Source: Bacteroidota bacterium (GTDB taxonomy: Bacteria; Bacteroidota; Bacteroidia; Cytophagales; Spirosomataceae). Taken from it: DNA of 64,000 bases. The translations under genes and the position numbers were made by a program. A model generated the notes under the pieces. That model had not been told where the DNA came from. It saw nothing but the letters and a program-made list of their open reading frames with translations, and did not search any database. The stretch lies in contig JAIUOF010000012.1 in the NCBI GenBank assembly GCA_020161355.1, forward strand, positions 48,522 to 112,521, written 5' to 3'. Numbering within the stretch: position 1 is the first letter of the stretch; each line of letters opens with the position of its first letter. This document shows positions 19,160 to 28,090 of the stretch, one piece after another.

Positions 19160-19831
19160 ATGCATTTAGGAGAAGAATTTAGAAAATATGCTGTACATCA
19201 TGTAGGAATGAGCGGTCTCACCATCGACGACTACATGAAACACAATGTGACCAACATGACTCCCAACATTATTGAAGAGCGTCCGATGCGTTTTGCTGCA
19301 ATTGATGTTTTTTCGAGATTAATCATGGACAGGATCATTTTTCTGGGTACCGGAGTTGATGACCAAATCGCCAACATCGTAGTAGCTCAGCTGTTATTTT
19401 TGGAGTCTGTTGATGCCAAAAAAGATATTTTGATGTACATCAATAGTCCGGGAGGATCTGTTTATGCCGGCTTGGGAATGTACGACACCATGCAATATGT
19501 AAGACCCGAAGTTGCAACAATTTGTACTTCATTGGCTGCTTCAATGGGTGCAGTATTACTAGCAGGTGGTGCTGCCGGAAAGCGTACTGCTCTTCCTCAC
19601 GCCCGTGTAATGATACATCAGCCAAGTGGTGGTGCACAAGGTCAGTCAAGAGACATGGAAATCACTGTTAAACAAATTATTGAGCTTAGAAAAGAACTAT
19701 ATGAGATTCTTGCTCAACATACAGGAAAATCTTTTGAGCAAATTGAAGCTGACTCAGACCGTGATTACTGGATGAAAGCCGAGGAGGCAAAAACCTATGG
19801 TCTCATTGACGAAGTATTATATCGTAATTGA
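19160..19831 (+). CDS. clpP: ATP-dependent Clp protease proteolytic subunit
   Basis: It has INSPGGSV and the Ser-His-Asp context ([15 protein letters not shown]). Confidence 0.9.
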   Translation: MHLGEEFRKYAVHHVGMSGLTIDDYMKHNVTNMTPNIIEERPMRFAAIDVFSRLIMDRIIFLGTGVDDQIANIVVAQLLFLESVDAKKDILMYINSPGGSVYAGLGMYDTMQYVRPEVATICTSLAASMGAVLLAGGAAGKRTALPHARVMIHQPSGGAQGQSRDMEITVKQIIELRKELYEILAQHTGKSFEQIEADSDRDYWMKAEEAKTYGLIDEVLYRN

Positions 19832-19857
19832 TAAATTTAATTGGTTTTATGAGAAAG

Positions 19858-19887
19858 AAAGCTCTTCCATCGGGGAGAGCTTTTTTT
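19858..19887 (+). terminator. Rho-independent terminator after clpP
   Basis: The stem is AAAGCTCTTCC / GGGGAGAGCTTT with a 4-nt loop, followed by TTTT. Confidence 0.6.
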
Positions 19888-19961
19888 ATGATTATTGGCT
19901 CAAAAAAACTTCTTAGGCAGGTCTGTAATGTAGGTCGGGTCTAATGTAATTTATAGAGCCT

Positions 19962-20405
19962 TTACCTCTTATAAAAAATATAATCTGTAACCGGTGGTTC
20001 GCCTCCAAGCCTTCTGATTTCTGAAAGCACCTGTCCGCGGTGATGGGTTGCATGGTTTACCATATGAAAAAGGATATCTTCTACCTTACTGTACATCGGG
20101 ATTCCTTTAGAAGTTTTATAGCTAATCTTTTCGTTCAAATCACATTTTTGAATATAATTGAGGCTATTCAGATGGTTTTCTTCTATCAGTTTACTCATAT
20201 TTTCGGGTTCAATGATCTCCCAAACGCCTAAATCCGGTATGGTATGATTTAACCGGTTGTTCCAGATGTGGTGAGCATCGAGTACATGACTGAAAATTCT
20301 GGAATTATAATCGTTTAGTAATTTAGGATTTTCAAGGAATAGATCGGTCAACTTTTGATTTTGAACACGTGTGTATTCAAATTTATCAATAAAAAAAGCT
20401 TTCAT
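19962..20405 (-). CDS. DinB-family (four-helix bundle, metal-binding) protein
   Basis: 147 aa with a DinB-like histidine pattern (HHIWNNR ... HMVNHATHHRGQV). Confidence 0.75.
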   Translation of the reverse strand: MKAFFIDKFEYTRVQNQKLTDLFLENPKLLNDYNSRIFSHVLDAHHIWNNRLNHTIPDLGVWEIIEPENMSKLIEENHLNSLNYIQKCDLNEKISYKTSKGIPMYSKVEDILFHMVNHATHHRGQVLSEIRRLGGEPPVTDYIFYKR

Positions 20406-20740
20406 AATAATTACCTGTTTGTTTTTAGCAAAACTAAAAAAATGTGTTGGAAAATTTCAATTTACATATTTGGCAAAGGGGGTATAGACATTTACAAAAA
20501 AGAGAATTTGCACAAATCTAATTTCCAAATTCAGAATTCATTCCAAATAATGGAAAGTTCATTATTGAACGGCATCATTTTTATATACTTAAATAACTAA
20601 TTATCAATATTTTATTTTCAAATATTTTATTTCGTCTTTTTGGCATAAGTATTGGATTGACCTATGAGGAATGAGATTATCCCGTCCGGAAGGTTTGTTT
20701 ACTATCGACCTCCGGCCAATTCAATTAATAAATAACAGAA

Positions 20741-21907
20741 ATGAGAATAGGTATTGAAGCTCAGAGGATTTTCCGGTCACACAAACATGGCATGGATGTA
20801 GTGGCTTTGGAGCTGGTAAAAGCCATTCAGAACATTGACACCAAAAATCAATATTATATTTTCATAAAAAAAGATGAAGACAACAGCTGCCTTAAATCTA
20901 CTCCAAACGTCAAAGTCATTGAAACCTCATCATATCCTTATATTATTTGGGAACAAATAATTCTTCCCATTTATGCATGGTACTACAAAATTGATTTGCT
21001 GCATTGTACTTCTAATACCGCTCCATTTTTTTGCCCTTGTCCTATAATTCTGACGCTTCATGATGTAATCTTTCTTGAAAAAAGAAAAGGAAAAAATACC
21101 ATGAGTTGGTATCAAAAATTTGGCAATTTATACCGAAAATGGCTGGTTCCGGCCATTATAAGACGCACCGTCAAAGTGATTACGATTTCACATCAGGAAA
21201 GAGAGAATATTTTAGGTCTTACAAATTTAGAAAATCAAAAGCTGGAGGTTATTCACAATGGAGTAAGTAAGAATTTCGGACATAAAATTCCTGAAACGTT
21301 AGCTTTTGAGATGTCTGAAAAGTTTTTATTAGGGGATGAATTTGCTTTGTTTTTGGGTAATGTAGAACCCAGAAAAAACACTCCCAACCTTTTAAAGTCT
21401 TTTGTGGCTTATGCACAAAATCACCCCGATTTTCAGTTGGTAATAACAGGCGTAAACCGAAAATTTGTTGCTGATCAAATGCCACCCAATTCTTCTAATA
21501 TTCTGAAACGACAAATCATTACACCTGGCTTTGTAAGTCAGGACGAGCTGACATTCCTTTATAGCTATGCAAAGGTATTCCTGTTTCCCTCGCTTCGTGA
21601 GGGATTCGGGTTGCCTATATTAGAAGCCATGAGCCAGGGCACACCGGTAATCACATCAAATACTTCCAGCATGCCCGAGGTGGCAGGTGATGCGGCCATT
21701 TTGATCGACCCCAATGACCCAACACAAATCACCGCTGGCATGGAAAAACTGTTGAAGAATAATACCTTGAGACAGGAACTCAGGTTGAAAGGACTCGAAA
21801 GAATCGGGCATTTTAGTTGGGAAAATACCGCAAAGAAATATTTGGAACAATATTATTCAATTCTTTCAATAAAACCTCATGAAGAGGTGATTTTGCAATC
21901 AGCATAA
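20741..21907 (+). CDS. Glycosyltransferase family 4
   Basis: 388 aa. It has the GT-B C-terminal EGFGLPILEAMSQGTPVITSNTSSMPEV (EX7E-type) motif. Confidence 0.8.
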   Translation: MRIGIEAQRIFRSHKHGMDVVALELVKAIQNIDTKNQYYIFIKKDEDNSCLKSTPNVKVIETSSYPYIIWEQIILPIYAWYYKIDLLHCTSNTAPFFCPCPIILTLHDVIFLEKRKGKNTMSWYQKFGNLYRKWLVPAIIRRTVKVITISHQERENILGLTNLENQKLEVIHNGVSKNFGHKIPETLAFEMSEKFLLGDEFALFLGNVEPRKNTPNLLKSFVAYAQNHPDFQLVITGVNRKFVADQMPPNSSNILKRQIITPGFVSQDELTFLYSYAKVFLFPSLREGFGLPILEAMSQGTPVITSNTSSMPEVAGDAAILIDPNDPTQITAGMEKLLKNNTLRQELRLKGLERIGHFSWENTAKKYLEQYYSILSIKPHEEVILQSA

Positions 21908-21927
21908 TTTTAAAAAATTAAAGTCTT

Positions 21928-23133
21928 ATGAATACATTTTTAGAAGTATCATTTTGGTTTATAATCTTTTTGGTTTTTTACACCTACATCGGATACGGAA
22001 TTCTGGTTTGGGTTTTGGTAAAAATCAAGAATCTATTTAAAAATCGGGAACCTAAGCACATTGAAAACGCCTACGAACCCAAAGTTACACTTGTAATTCC
22101 TGCCTATAATGAAATGTCGTGTATTGAAGAAAAACTACGCAATACTTATGCGATTGATTATCCTCAGGACAAACTCGAAGTTTTATTTGTGACAGAAGGC
22201 TCTACCGACGGTACTACCGAATGGCTTGAACGTAGAAGTGGCGAATATCCCAACATGCGTCTGCTTAGCGGTAATGTAAGAAGAGGAAAAATAGAAGCAA
22301 TGAATATTGCTGTGAAAACGGTTACAACGCCGGTTGTAATATTTTCGGATGCCAATACTCACCTTAACAAATTGGTTATCAGGAATATAGTTAGGCATTT
22401 TATCGATCAAAACGTAGGAGCTGTAGCTGGCGAAAAGCGTGTAATGATGGACGCTTCTGAAGCAGCTGCTGGTGCAGGAGAGGGACTTTACTGGAAATAC
22501 GAATCTTTCCTGAAAAAACTTGATACCGAACTTCACACGGTAGTAGGAGCAGCCGGAGAATTGTTTGCTGTACGTACTGAACTTTTTGGAGAAGTAGAAA
22601 AAGACACCTTGCTTGATGATTTTATAATTTCACTGCGTATCGCTGCCGATGGCTTCAGAGTTGTATATGAACCCGATGCTTTTGCTTCTGAGCGGCCTTC
22701 TTTCTCAATAGCCGACGAGATGAAACGAAAAGTGAGGATAGCTGCCGGAGGATTTCAGGCCATGGCCAGATTAATGCCTCTGCTTAATATTTTCAAATAC
22801 GGGTGGCTCTCCTTCCAGTATGTATCGCATAGAGCGATGCGTTGGGCAGTGACGCCTTTTTGTCTGCCATTGTTAGTGGTCATCAACAGCCTTTTGATAA
22901 ATCAAAATACATTTCTCGATAACCGAATCTATCAATTATTACTAGCAGGGCAATTTCTGTTTTATGCCCTTTCAGTCTTAGGATACTATCTTGAAAGCCG
23001 TAAAATCAGAGTAAAACTCCTATTTGTGCCATTTTATTTCAGCTTTATGAATTACTGTGCCATTAAGGGATATTTCAGATACAGGAATGGCATTGGTTCG
23101 GGAATTTGGGAAAAAGTAAACAGAGCCGCTTAA
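21928..23133 (+). CDS. Membrane-embedded glycosyltransferase family 2
   Basis: 401 aa with an N-terminal TM helix. GT-A motifs are VTLVIPAYNE and FSDANT, and hydrophobic helices follow at the C-terminus. No clear QxxRW motif is present. Confidence 0.8.
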   Translation: MNTFLEVSFWFIIFLVFYTYIGYGILVWVLVKIKNLFKNREPKHIENAYEPKVTLVIPAYNEMSCIEEKLRNTYAIDYPQDKLEVLFVTEGSTDGTTEWLERRSGEYPNMRLLSGNVRRGKIEAMNIAVKTVTTPVVIFSDANTHLNKLVIRNIVRHFIDQNVGAVAGEKRVMMDASEAAAGAGEGLYWKYESFLKKLDTELHTVVGAAGELFAVRTELFGEVEKDTLLDDFIISLRIAADGFRVVYEPDAFASERPSFSIADEMKRKVRIAAGGFQAMARLMPLLNIFKYGWLSFQYVSHRAMRWAVTPFCLPLLVVINSLLINQNTFLDNRIYQLLLAGQFLFYALSVLGYYLESRKIRVKLLFVPFYFSFMNYCAIKGYFRYRNGIGSGIWEKVNRAA

Positions 23134-23146
23134 ATTTTACAAAATC

Positions 23147-24007
23147 ATGACAGACTTTGGAATGCCGGTTTGGGTTAAAAACCTTTTAAAAAAACCTCTG
23201 AATATTGCCGATTATAGTTCTGAAGAAATTCAGGATTTAAAGCAGAAATTGTTACGATTTAGAGTTGACAATCCTTTAGTGAGTATGGTGATCCCGGCAT
23301 GGAACGAAGAATTCGGTATTCTACACACCCTTTGGTCACTTGCGAATTCCGATTTAAAATACCCTACCGAATTAATCATTGTTGACAATAATTCGACCGA
23401 TGGAACATCCAATTTGTTGCATGATTTGGGCATAAAGACTGTTTCAGAAACCAGACAAGGTGTTGGACATGCCCGCACCACGGGCCTGGCTATAGCTCAG
23501 GGAAAATATGTTTTGACAGGAGACAGTGATACACTGTATCCACCTCAATGGATTAATTTGATGATTGACGCATTTCAGTCTTCTGATGACAAACCTGTTT
23601 ATTGTGTTCACAGCACCTATTCGTTTATTCCCGAAAAACCCAGCCAAAGGTGGATGTATGGGATTTATGAATTGCTAAGTAGTTTTATTTCAAAAAGAAA
23701 AGAAAAAAACGAACCTTACCTCAATGTATATGGCTTTTACATGGGTTTTGAAGCCCAAAAAGGCAGGGAGGTAAATGGATACGACATTGAAGTGCAACGA
23801 ACTTTCAGAGGAACGGTGGGTCAGCTGGAAACCAATGCTACTGAAGATGGTATGATGGCTCTAAGGCTCATGCAGGCGGGAGGAAAAATAAAAGCGGTAC
23901 ATGACAGCAAAGCGAAGGTCTGGACCAGCGATCGCCGAATTCAGTTAGACGGAGGAATAGTAAATGCGTTCAAAATCAGATTTAAGAAATATCTTTCCAG
24001 AAAATGA
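23147..24007 (+). CDS. Glycosyltransferase family 2 (soluble)
   Basis: It has VSMVIPAWNEE, IIVDNNSTDGT and GDSDTLY (DxD). Confidence 0.75.
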   Translation: MTDFGMPVWVKNLLKKPLNIADYSSEEIQDLKQKLLRFRVDNPLVSMVIPAWNEEFGILHTLWSLANSDLKYPTELIIVDNNSTDGTSNLLHDLGIKTVSETRQGVGHARTTGLAIAQGKYVLTGDSDTLYPPQWINLMIDAFQSSDDKPVYCVHSTYSFIPEKPSQRWMYGIYELLSSFISKRKEKNEPYLNVYGFYMGFEAQKGREVNGYDIEVQRTFRGTVGQLETNATEDGMMALRLMQAGGKIKAVHDSKAKVWTSDRRIQLDGGIVNAFKIRFKKYLSRK

Positions 24008-24627
24008 GCATTGTTTCAATAATAAAATCAAATCCCGGCATCAAGCGATTTGTACATTGGTGCTTGATTCCGAGTCATCAGGCCAGACCGAGAGTTTGGG
24101 TCAAGTGGTTTGTCAATCCATTTTTTCATAAAAAAGGAAAAGGTACTGTAATATGCAGAAGAACCCGGGTGGATGTTTTGCCTTTTCAGCCATTTGAAAT
24201 GGGAGACTATTCTACTATTGAAGACTTTGCAACTATAAACAATGGAGTTGGCCCGGTTAGAATCGGCAAACATACACGAATCGGTATCGGAAATGTAGTC
24301 ATAGGACCGGTAACAATTGGTGACAATGTGATTTTTGCACAAAATATTGTAATGAGTGGTCTCAATCACAACTATAAAGATCCCAACACTCCTATCTACT
24401 TGCAGGGAGAAACCGTATCTGAAATCACAGTGGAAGATGACTGTTGGATTGGAGCCAATGTGGTAATCACTGCCGGAGTAAAAATTGGCAAACATTCAGT
24501 GGTGGCAGCGGGAGCAGTTGTTACAAAAAGTATTCCTCCTTATAGTGTCGCCGTGGGCAATCCCGCCAGAGTTATTAAGCAATATGATGCCCAATCCGGT
24601 GAATGGATAAGTGTAAAATCAAACTGA
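24004..24627 (+). CDS. Left-handed beta-helix (hexapeptide-repeat) O-acetyltransferase
   Basis: Hexapeptide repeats are visible (IGKHTRIGIGNVVIGPVTIGDNVIF ... CWIGANVVITAGVKIGKHSVVAAGAVV). There is a 4-nt overlap with the preceding GT2. Confidence 0.8.
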   Translation: MSIVSIIKSNPGIKRFVHWCLIPSHQARPRVWVKWFVNPFFHKKGKGTVICRRTRVDVLPFQPFEMGDYSTIEDFATINNGVGPVRIGKHTRIGIGNVVIGPVTIGDNVIFAQNIVMSGLNHNYKDPNTPIYLQGETVSEITVEDDCWIGANVVITAGVKIGKHSVVAAGAVVTKSIPPYSVAVGNPARVIKQYDAQSGEWISVKSN

Positions 24628-25848
24628 TTTTTTCTCAGAATAAGTATTAAAAGCCAGATTCCAGAACAATTTCAGTCGGTTTTCCCAACTATTTTCCAGT
24701 GAGGCAAGATATCTTCCTTCGAGTTTTTCGTCTTTTACTGAAATTGCCTCAGGGATAGCTTTCAAAAAATCTTCGTGTGTAGCTGCCAGTTTGATATGTT
24801 GTCCAAACTGATTGATGTCTTCCGAAAAATCGGTTGAAACAACTGACCTTCCGGTAGCCAGATATTCATTTATTTTTAAAGGATATATACCACCTGTCAG
24901 ATTATTTTTTTTGAAAGGAATAATAGCACAATCAAAATATCTGAGATAGGAAGGCAGCTCTTCGATTCTTTTGGGACCTGTAAACCTGATATTGGGATAC
25001 TGATCAAGATTGATTTTAGTAAATTCTTTATCTTTCCTTGGACCTACCATTACCACGGTTTTATCCTTGTTTTCTTCCAAAATTTTTACAAGCAATTCAT
25101 AATCAATTCTTTGGCATAGGGCCCCTGTATAACCGATTATTGGGGTTTTGATATCTTCCAGTTCAGTGGGTTTTATCAGATTTTCAGTGACCGCAGTTCT
25201 GAATAACTTTACATCACCACCATTGGGGAAATAATTTATAAACCGGTCGTTTCGCTCTCCGATTTTCCGGCACAACTGCCTGGAAGTGGCCATAACGAGG
25301 TCATAATTTTTGATGCAAATATTTTCTTTTCTTAGGCCATGCCCGGGCACTTCTTCAATGGCGTCGCGACTATGGTACACACTCAATGTGGGCTCAAGGT
25401 AACGGTTAACTTCAGAAAGATACAGAGGGTTGAAAGAGTTTATCAGAATATAGTCTTTTATGCCATTTTTTTTGCAAATTTTCTTAATTATCCCTGCCAG
25501 AATGCGATTATTAATATCACTGGTCCATTCATATAAACTGCCCTCAGCCATCGAGTAATTTGGGATTACCGCTCTGGGAGTAACAGCTGTAAATTTTTCA
25601 GGATAACCGGGTACTTTCCGGGTGAAATTTTTACCCCAAAGCAGAGCTTTCATTCTGCTTTTTACTGTTTTACTTTTCCTTTCTCTCCAGACATCTGCTG
25701 CGGAATAAGGGAAATCTATATAGTAAACTTCATTTTCACGGCTTAAAACTTTCGCCAAAGAAAGCGATGCCGATGAAACGTCACCATCCCAGCGTGACAT
25801 GCTGGTGATAAAAACCGGAAGGTTTCTGAATGTATTTTGATCAATCAT
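24619..25848 (-). CDS. GT-B fold glycosyltransferase (GT4/TuaH-like)
   Basis: 409 aa and the last gene of the minus-strand EPS operon. It converges on the acetyltransferase gene with a 9-nt overlap. Confidence 0.7.
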   Translation of the reverse strand: MIDQNTFRNLPVFITSMSRWDGDVSSASLSLAKVLSRENEVYYIDFPYSAADVWRERKSKTVKSRMKALLWGKNFTRKVPGYPEKFTAVTPRAVIPNYSMAEGSLYEWTSDINNRILAGIIKKICKKNGIKDYILINSFNPLYLSEVNRYLEPTLSVYHSRDAIEEVPGHGLRKENICIKNYDLVMATSRQLCRKIGERNDRFINYFPNGGDVKLFRTAVTENLIKPTELEDIKTPIIGYTGALCQRIDYELLVKILEENKDKTVVMVGPRKDKEFTKINLDQYPNIRFTGPKRIEELPSYLRYFDCAIIPFKKNNLTGGIYPLKINEYLATGRSVVSTDFSEDINQFGQHIKLAATHEDFLKAIPEAISVKDEKLEGRYLASLENSWENRLKLFWNLAFNTYSEKKSV

Positions 25849-25850
25849 GA

Positions 25851-25964
25851 TTAAAAAGGCAAATCTTTACGCGTAGCACGAGGTTTGTTCTTGTGGTTTT
25901 TCCCAGACCTAAAACCCCAGATAATCGCTATGATGATAAACGGAAAAATAACACTCCAGGGCAT
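25851..25964 (-). CDS. Candidate 37-aa single-pass membrane peptide (not in the ORF track)
   Basis: Manual reverse-complement translation runs ATG...TAA and gives MPWSVIFPFIIIAIIWGFRSGKNHKNKPRATRKDLPF. It starts 1 nt after the upstream GT2 stop and ends 2 nt before the next start codon. It fills the only gap in an otherwise tightly packed operon. Confidence 0.4.
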   Translation of the reverse strand: MPWSVIFPFIIIAIIWGFRSGKNHKNKPRATRKDLPF

Positions 25965-25965
25965 A

Positions 25966-27150
25966 TTAACTATGATTTTGGTTGGCATCGCCATGAGGCG
26001 TATGAATAAATTGTTTTCGAGCTTTTCCTATCTGAGTCAGGGATTTCAAAATACCTAAAATCGCACCGGGGATCTCCAGAAAAGCCTGCAAAAGGTTTCT
26101 GGTATACCAGTTTCGGGGAATTCCTATCAGTAAACTTAACATAAGCAAAACGCACAAAACCAGATTTACAAAAAACAGATTTTTGCTTACAAAAAAACTA
26201 ATAAAAATTAGGGCCAAAACTGCCACCACCAAAAGCACCCTGGGAAGCAAATAAGTCTGAAAAACTTTATTAAAAAAAGCTACATTTCCTTTAAAGAGCT
26301 GTACCCAGCTCTCTAGGAAATATTTCTGAAAAAATTCTACTTGTGTTGCCAGCCAACGGCTTCTTTGCTTTGAGAATACATCACTTTGGGCTACTTTTTC
26401 ATCCAAAACATGTGAATCATCGAGGAAAGCAATAGGAATTCTTCTCCTGACGATTCTAAACTCCAGCTCTTTATCTTCACCAGATGTATCACCGATATTC
26501 TGCATGATTTCGTTAAACAGCTTCCAGTCGAATGCCATGCCGCTTCCAATCAAAGCCGATGGCAACCCCAAAGCGACATGTCCACGTCTGAAGATATGAT
26601 TGTTGATCTCCTCGGTACATGCATCTAGCAAAGCAAACGGGGTATTGATATTTTTTGCAATCCTATGACCTTGAATAACCTTGTAACCAGCCGAATAAGC
26701 ATTGTTGAGTTCTTTCAAAAATCCGGGCTCCATATGGTTGTCGGCATCAAGAATAAGCACGAGATCTACCGGGGCATCCTGGGTAAGTTCTAATGCATTA
26801 TGCAAGGCCTTTCCTTTGGTACTTTTTTCAAAATAAACTTCGATCACTTTAATCGGGAGAGATCTCAATGTGGTCAATGTTGAATCAGAAAACTGGTCGG
26901 CAATTACCACCACTTCATATTTTTCTTTGGGATAATCCTGAAGCAGAGCATTATGTGCCGTTTCGATGATTACCTTATCTTCTTTGTAACCCGGAATGAA
27001 TATTCTGATTTTGTGAAAAGAATCAGCCTCAGCAAATTTTTCCCTTGAACCAATATGTCCTGCCAAAGAAAATATCAGCAAATACAAAACCTGAATGGCT
27101 GCATAGCAGGTTAAAATTGCGATAATTATCAGAAATATGTTGTAAGCCAT
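25966..27150 (-). CDS. Membrane-embedded, processive-type glycosyltransferase family 2
   Basis: 394 aa with an N-terminal TM helix. GT-A motifs are ILDADNH and GSGMAF. The motif QRSRW (QxxRW) is typical of processive synthases, and C-terminal TM helices follow. Confidence 0.8.
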   Translation of the reverse strand: MAYNIFLIIIAILTCYAAIQVLYLLIFSLAGHIGSREKFAEADSFHKIRIFIPGYKEDKVIIETAHNALLQDYPKEKYEVVVIADQFSDSTLTTLRSLPIKVIEVYFEKSTKGKALHNALELTQDAPVDLVLILDADNHMEPGFLKELNNAYSAGYKVIQGHRIAKNINTPFALLDACTEEINNHIFRRGHVALGLPSALIGSGMAFDWKLFNEIMQNIGDTSGEDKELEFRIVRRRIPIAFLDDSHVLDEKVAQSDVFSKQRSRWLATQVEFFQKYFLESWVQLFKGNVAFFNKVFQTYLLPRVLLVVAVLALIFISFFVSKNLFFVNLVLCVLLMLSLLIGIPRNWYTRNLLQAFLEIPGAILGILKSLTQIGKARKQFIHTPHGDANQNHS

Positions 27151-27151
27151 T

Positions 27152-28090
27152 TTAGTCGATTTTTAATTGTCCCAGAAAATTTGATGAATGTATGGAAGGT
27201 TCTTTATGTGCCGAATGAGTTAAATTCCACTTTAAGGCATTGAAAATTGCTTTTGAGTGTCTCCATTCTTTTTTAAGAGCATGTTTGAGCATATGAATGG
27301 GTGTGGAAACCAGTGTAAAAAATCCTGCGGCTATCAAAAATTGTAAAATCGGGTAGTTACGTCTGATGTACAAAAGGCGGTTTCGGAAAAGATAATAAGA
27401 TTTAAAAGCCGAGTTTTTTCCGGTCGATACCGATTCTTTATGAAAAATAGAAGCTGTACCCACATAATGTACCTCCAAACCAGCCTTTTTAAATCTGTAA
27501 GCCCAATCCAGCTCTTCGTAGTATAAAAAGAACATTTCGCTCATTTGGCCTACTTTTTCAAGGTCTGCCCTTCGCATCATCATAGCGGCACCATTGGGTA
27601 AGTCAGTCCTGCGACAATCGTCAAATGTTCCATCATCTTTTTTCAAATAACCAATATCATAACTTCTGCTAGTCAGCGGGCTAAGACCCACAGCACCGGC
27701 ATACTGAATGGTATCCGGCATAAAGTGATATTTGATTTTTGGGCAGGCAATTCCACATTCAGGGTGGTTTTCAAGATATTCAACCAATGTACCCATAAGA
27801 TCCGGCGTAAACTCGGTGTCGTTGTTGGCCAAAAATATGTATTCTCCTTTTGCAAAAGCCAGACCCAGGTTATTCCCTCCGGCAAAACCAAGATTCTTGG
27901 GAGAAGAAATGTGTATAATAAATGGAAAATCTTTTTTCAGATGTTTAGAAGTGAATTTTGGAGATGCATTATCAACCACTATGATCTCAAAATTGTCATA
28001 ATTCTGAGTTTTTAAGGTTGCCAGCATCTCTGCTGTTACTTTAGGAGTGTCATAATTGACAGTAATTATCGAAACCAAAGGTTTTTTCAT
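27152..28090 (-). CDS. Glycosyltransferase family 2 (rhamnosyltransferase-like)
   Basis: It has VSIITVNYDTPKVT, IIVVDNAS and LANNDTEF. Confidence 0.8.
   Translation of the reverse strand: MKKPLVSIITVNYDTPKVTAEMLATLKTQNYDNFEIIVVDNASPKFTSKHLKKDFPFIIHISSPKNLGFAGGNNLGLAFAKGEYIFLANNDTEFTPDLMGTLVEYLENHPECGIACPKIKYHFMPDTIQYAGAVGLSPLTSRSYDIGYLKKDDGTFDDCRRTDLPNGAAMMMRRADLEKVGQMSEMFFLYYEELDWAYRFKKAGLEVHYVGTASIFHKESVSTGKNSAFKSYYLFRNRLLYIRRNYPILQFLIAAGFFTLVSTPIHMLKHALKKEWRHSKAIFNALKWNLTHSAHKEPSIHSSNFLGQLKID

Noticed and set aside
18646-19161. A 171-aa minus-strand ORF, plus other antisense ORFs inside tig
   Set aside because: It is antisense to trigger factor, has low-complexity F/L/K/I-rich sequence and matches no family pattern. 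This is typical of AT-rich shadow frames.
20355-20600. An 81-aa ORF in the dinB to GT4 intergenic region
   Set aside because: It starts inside dinB on the opposite strand. It is AT-rich and low in complexity, with no signal or motif. The region is more likely promoter DNA for the EPS genes.
24028-24495. A 155-aa minus-strand ORF
   Set aside because: It is completely embedded antisense in the hexapeptide acetyltransferase gene, whose repeats are unmistakable.
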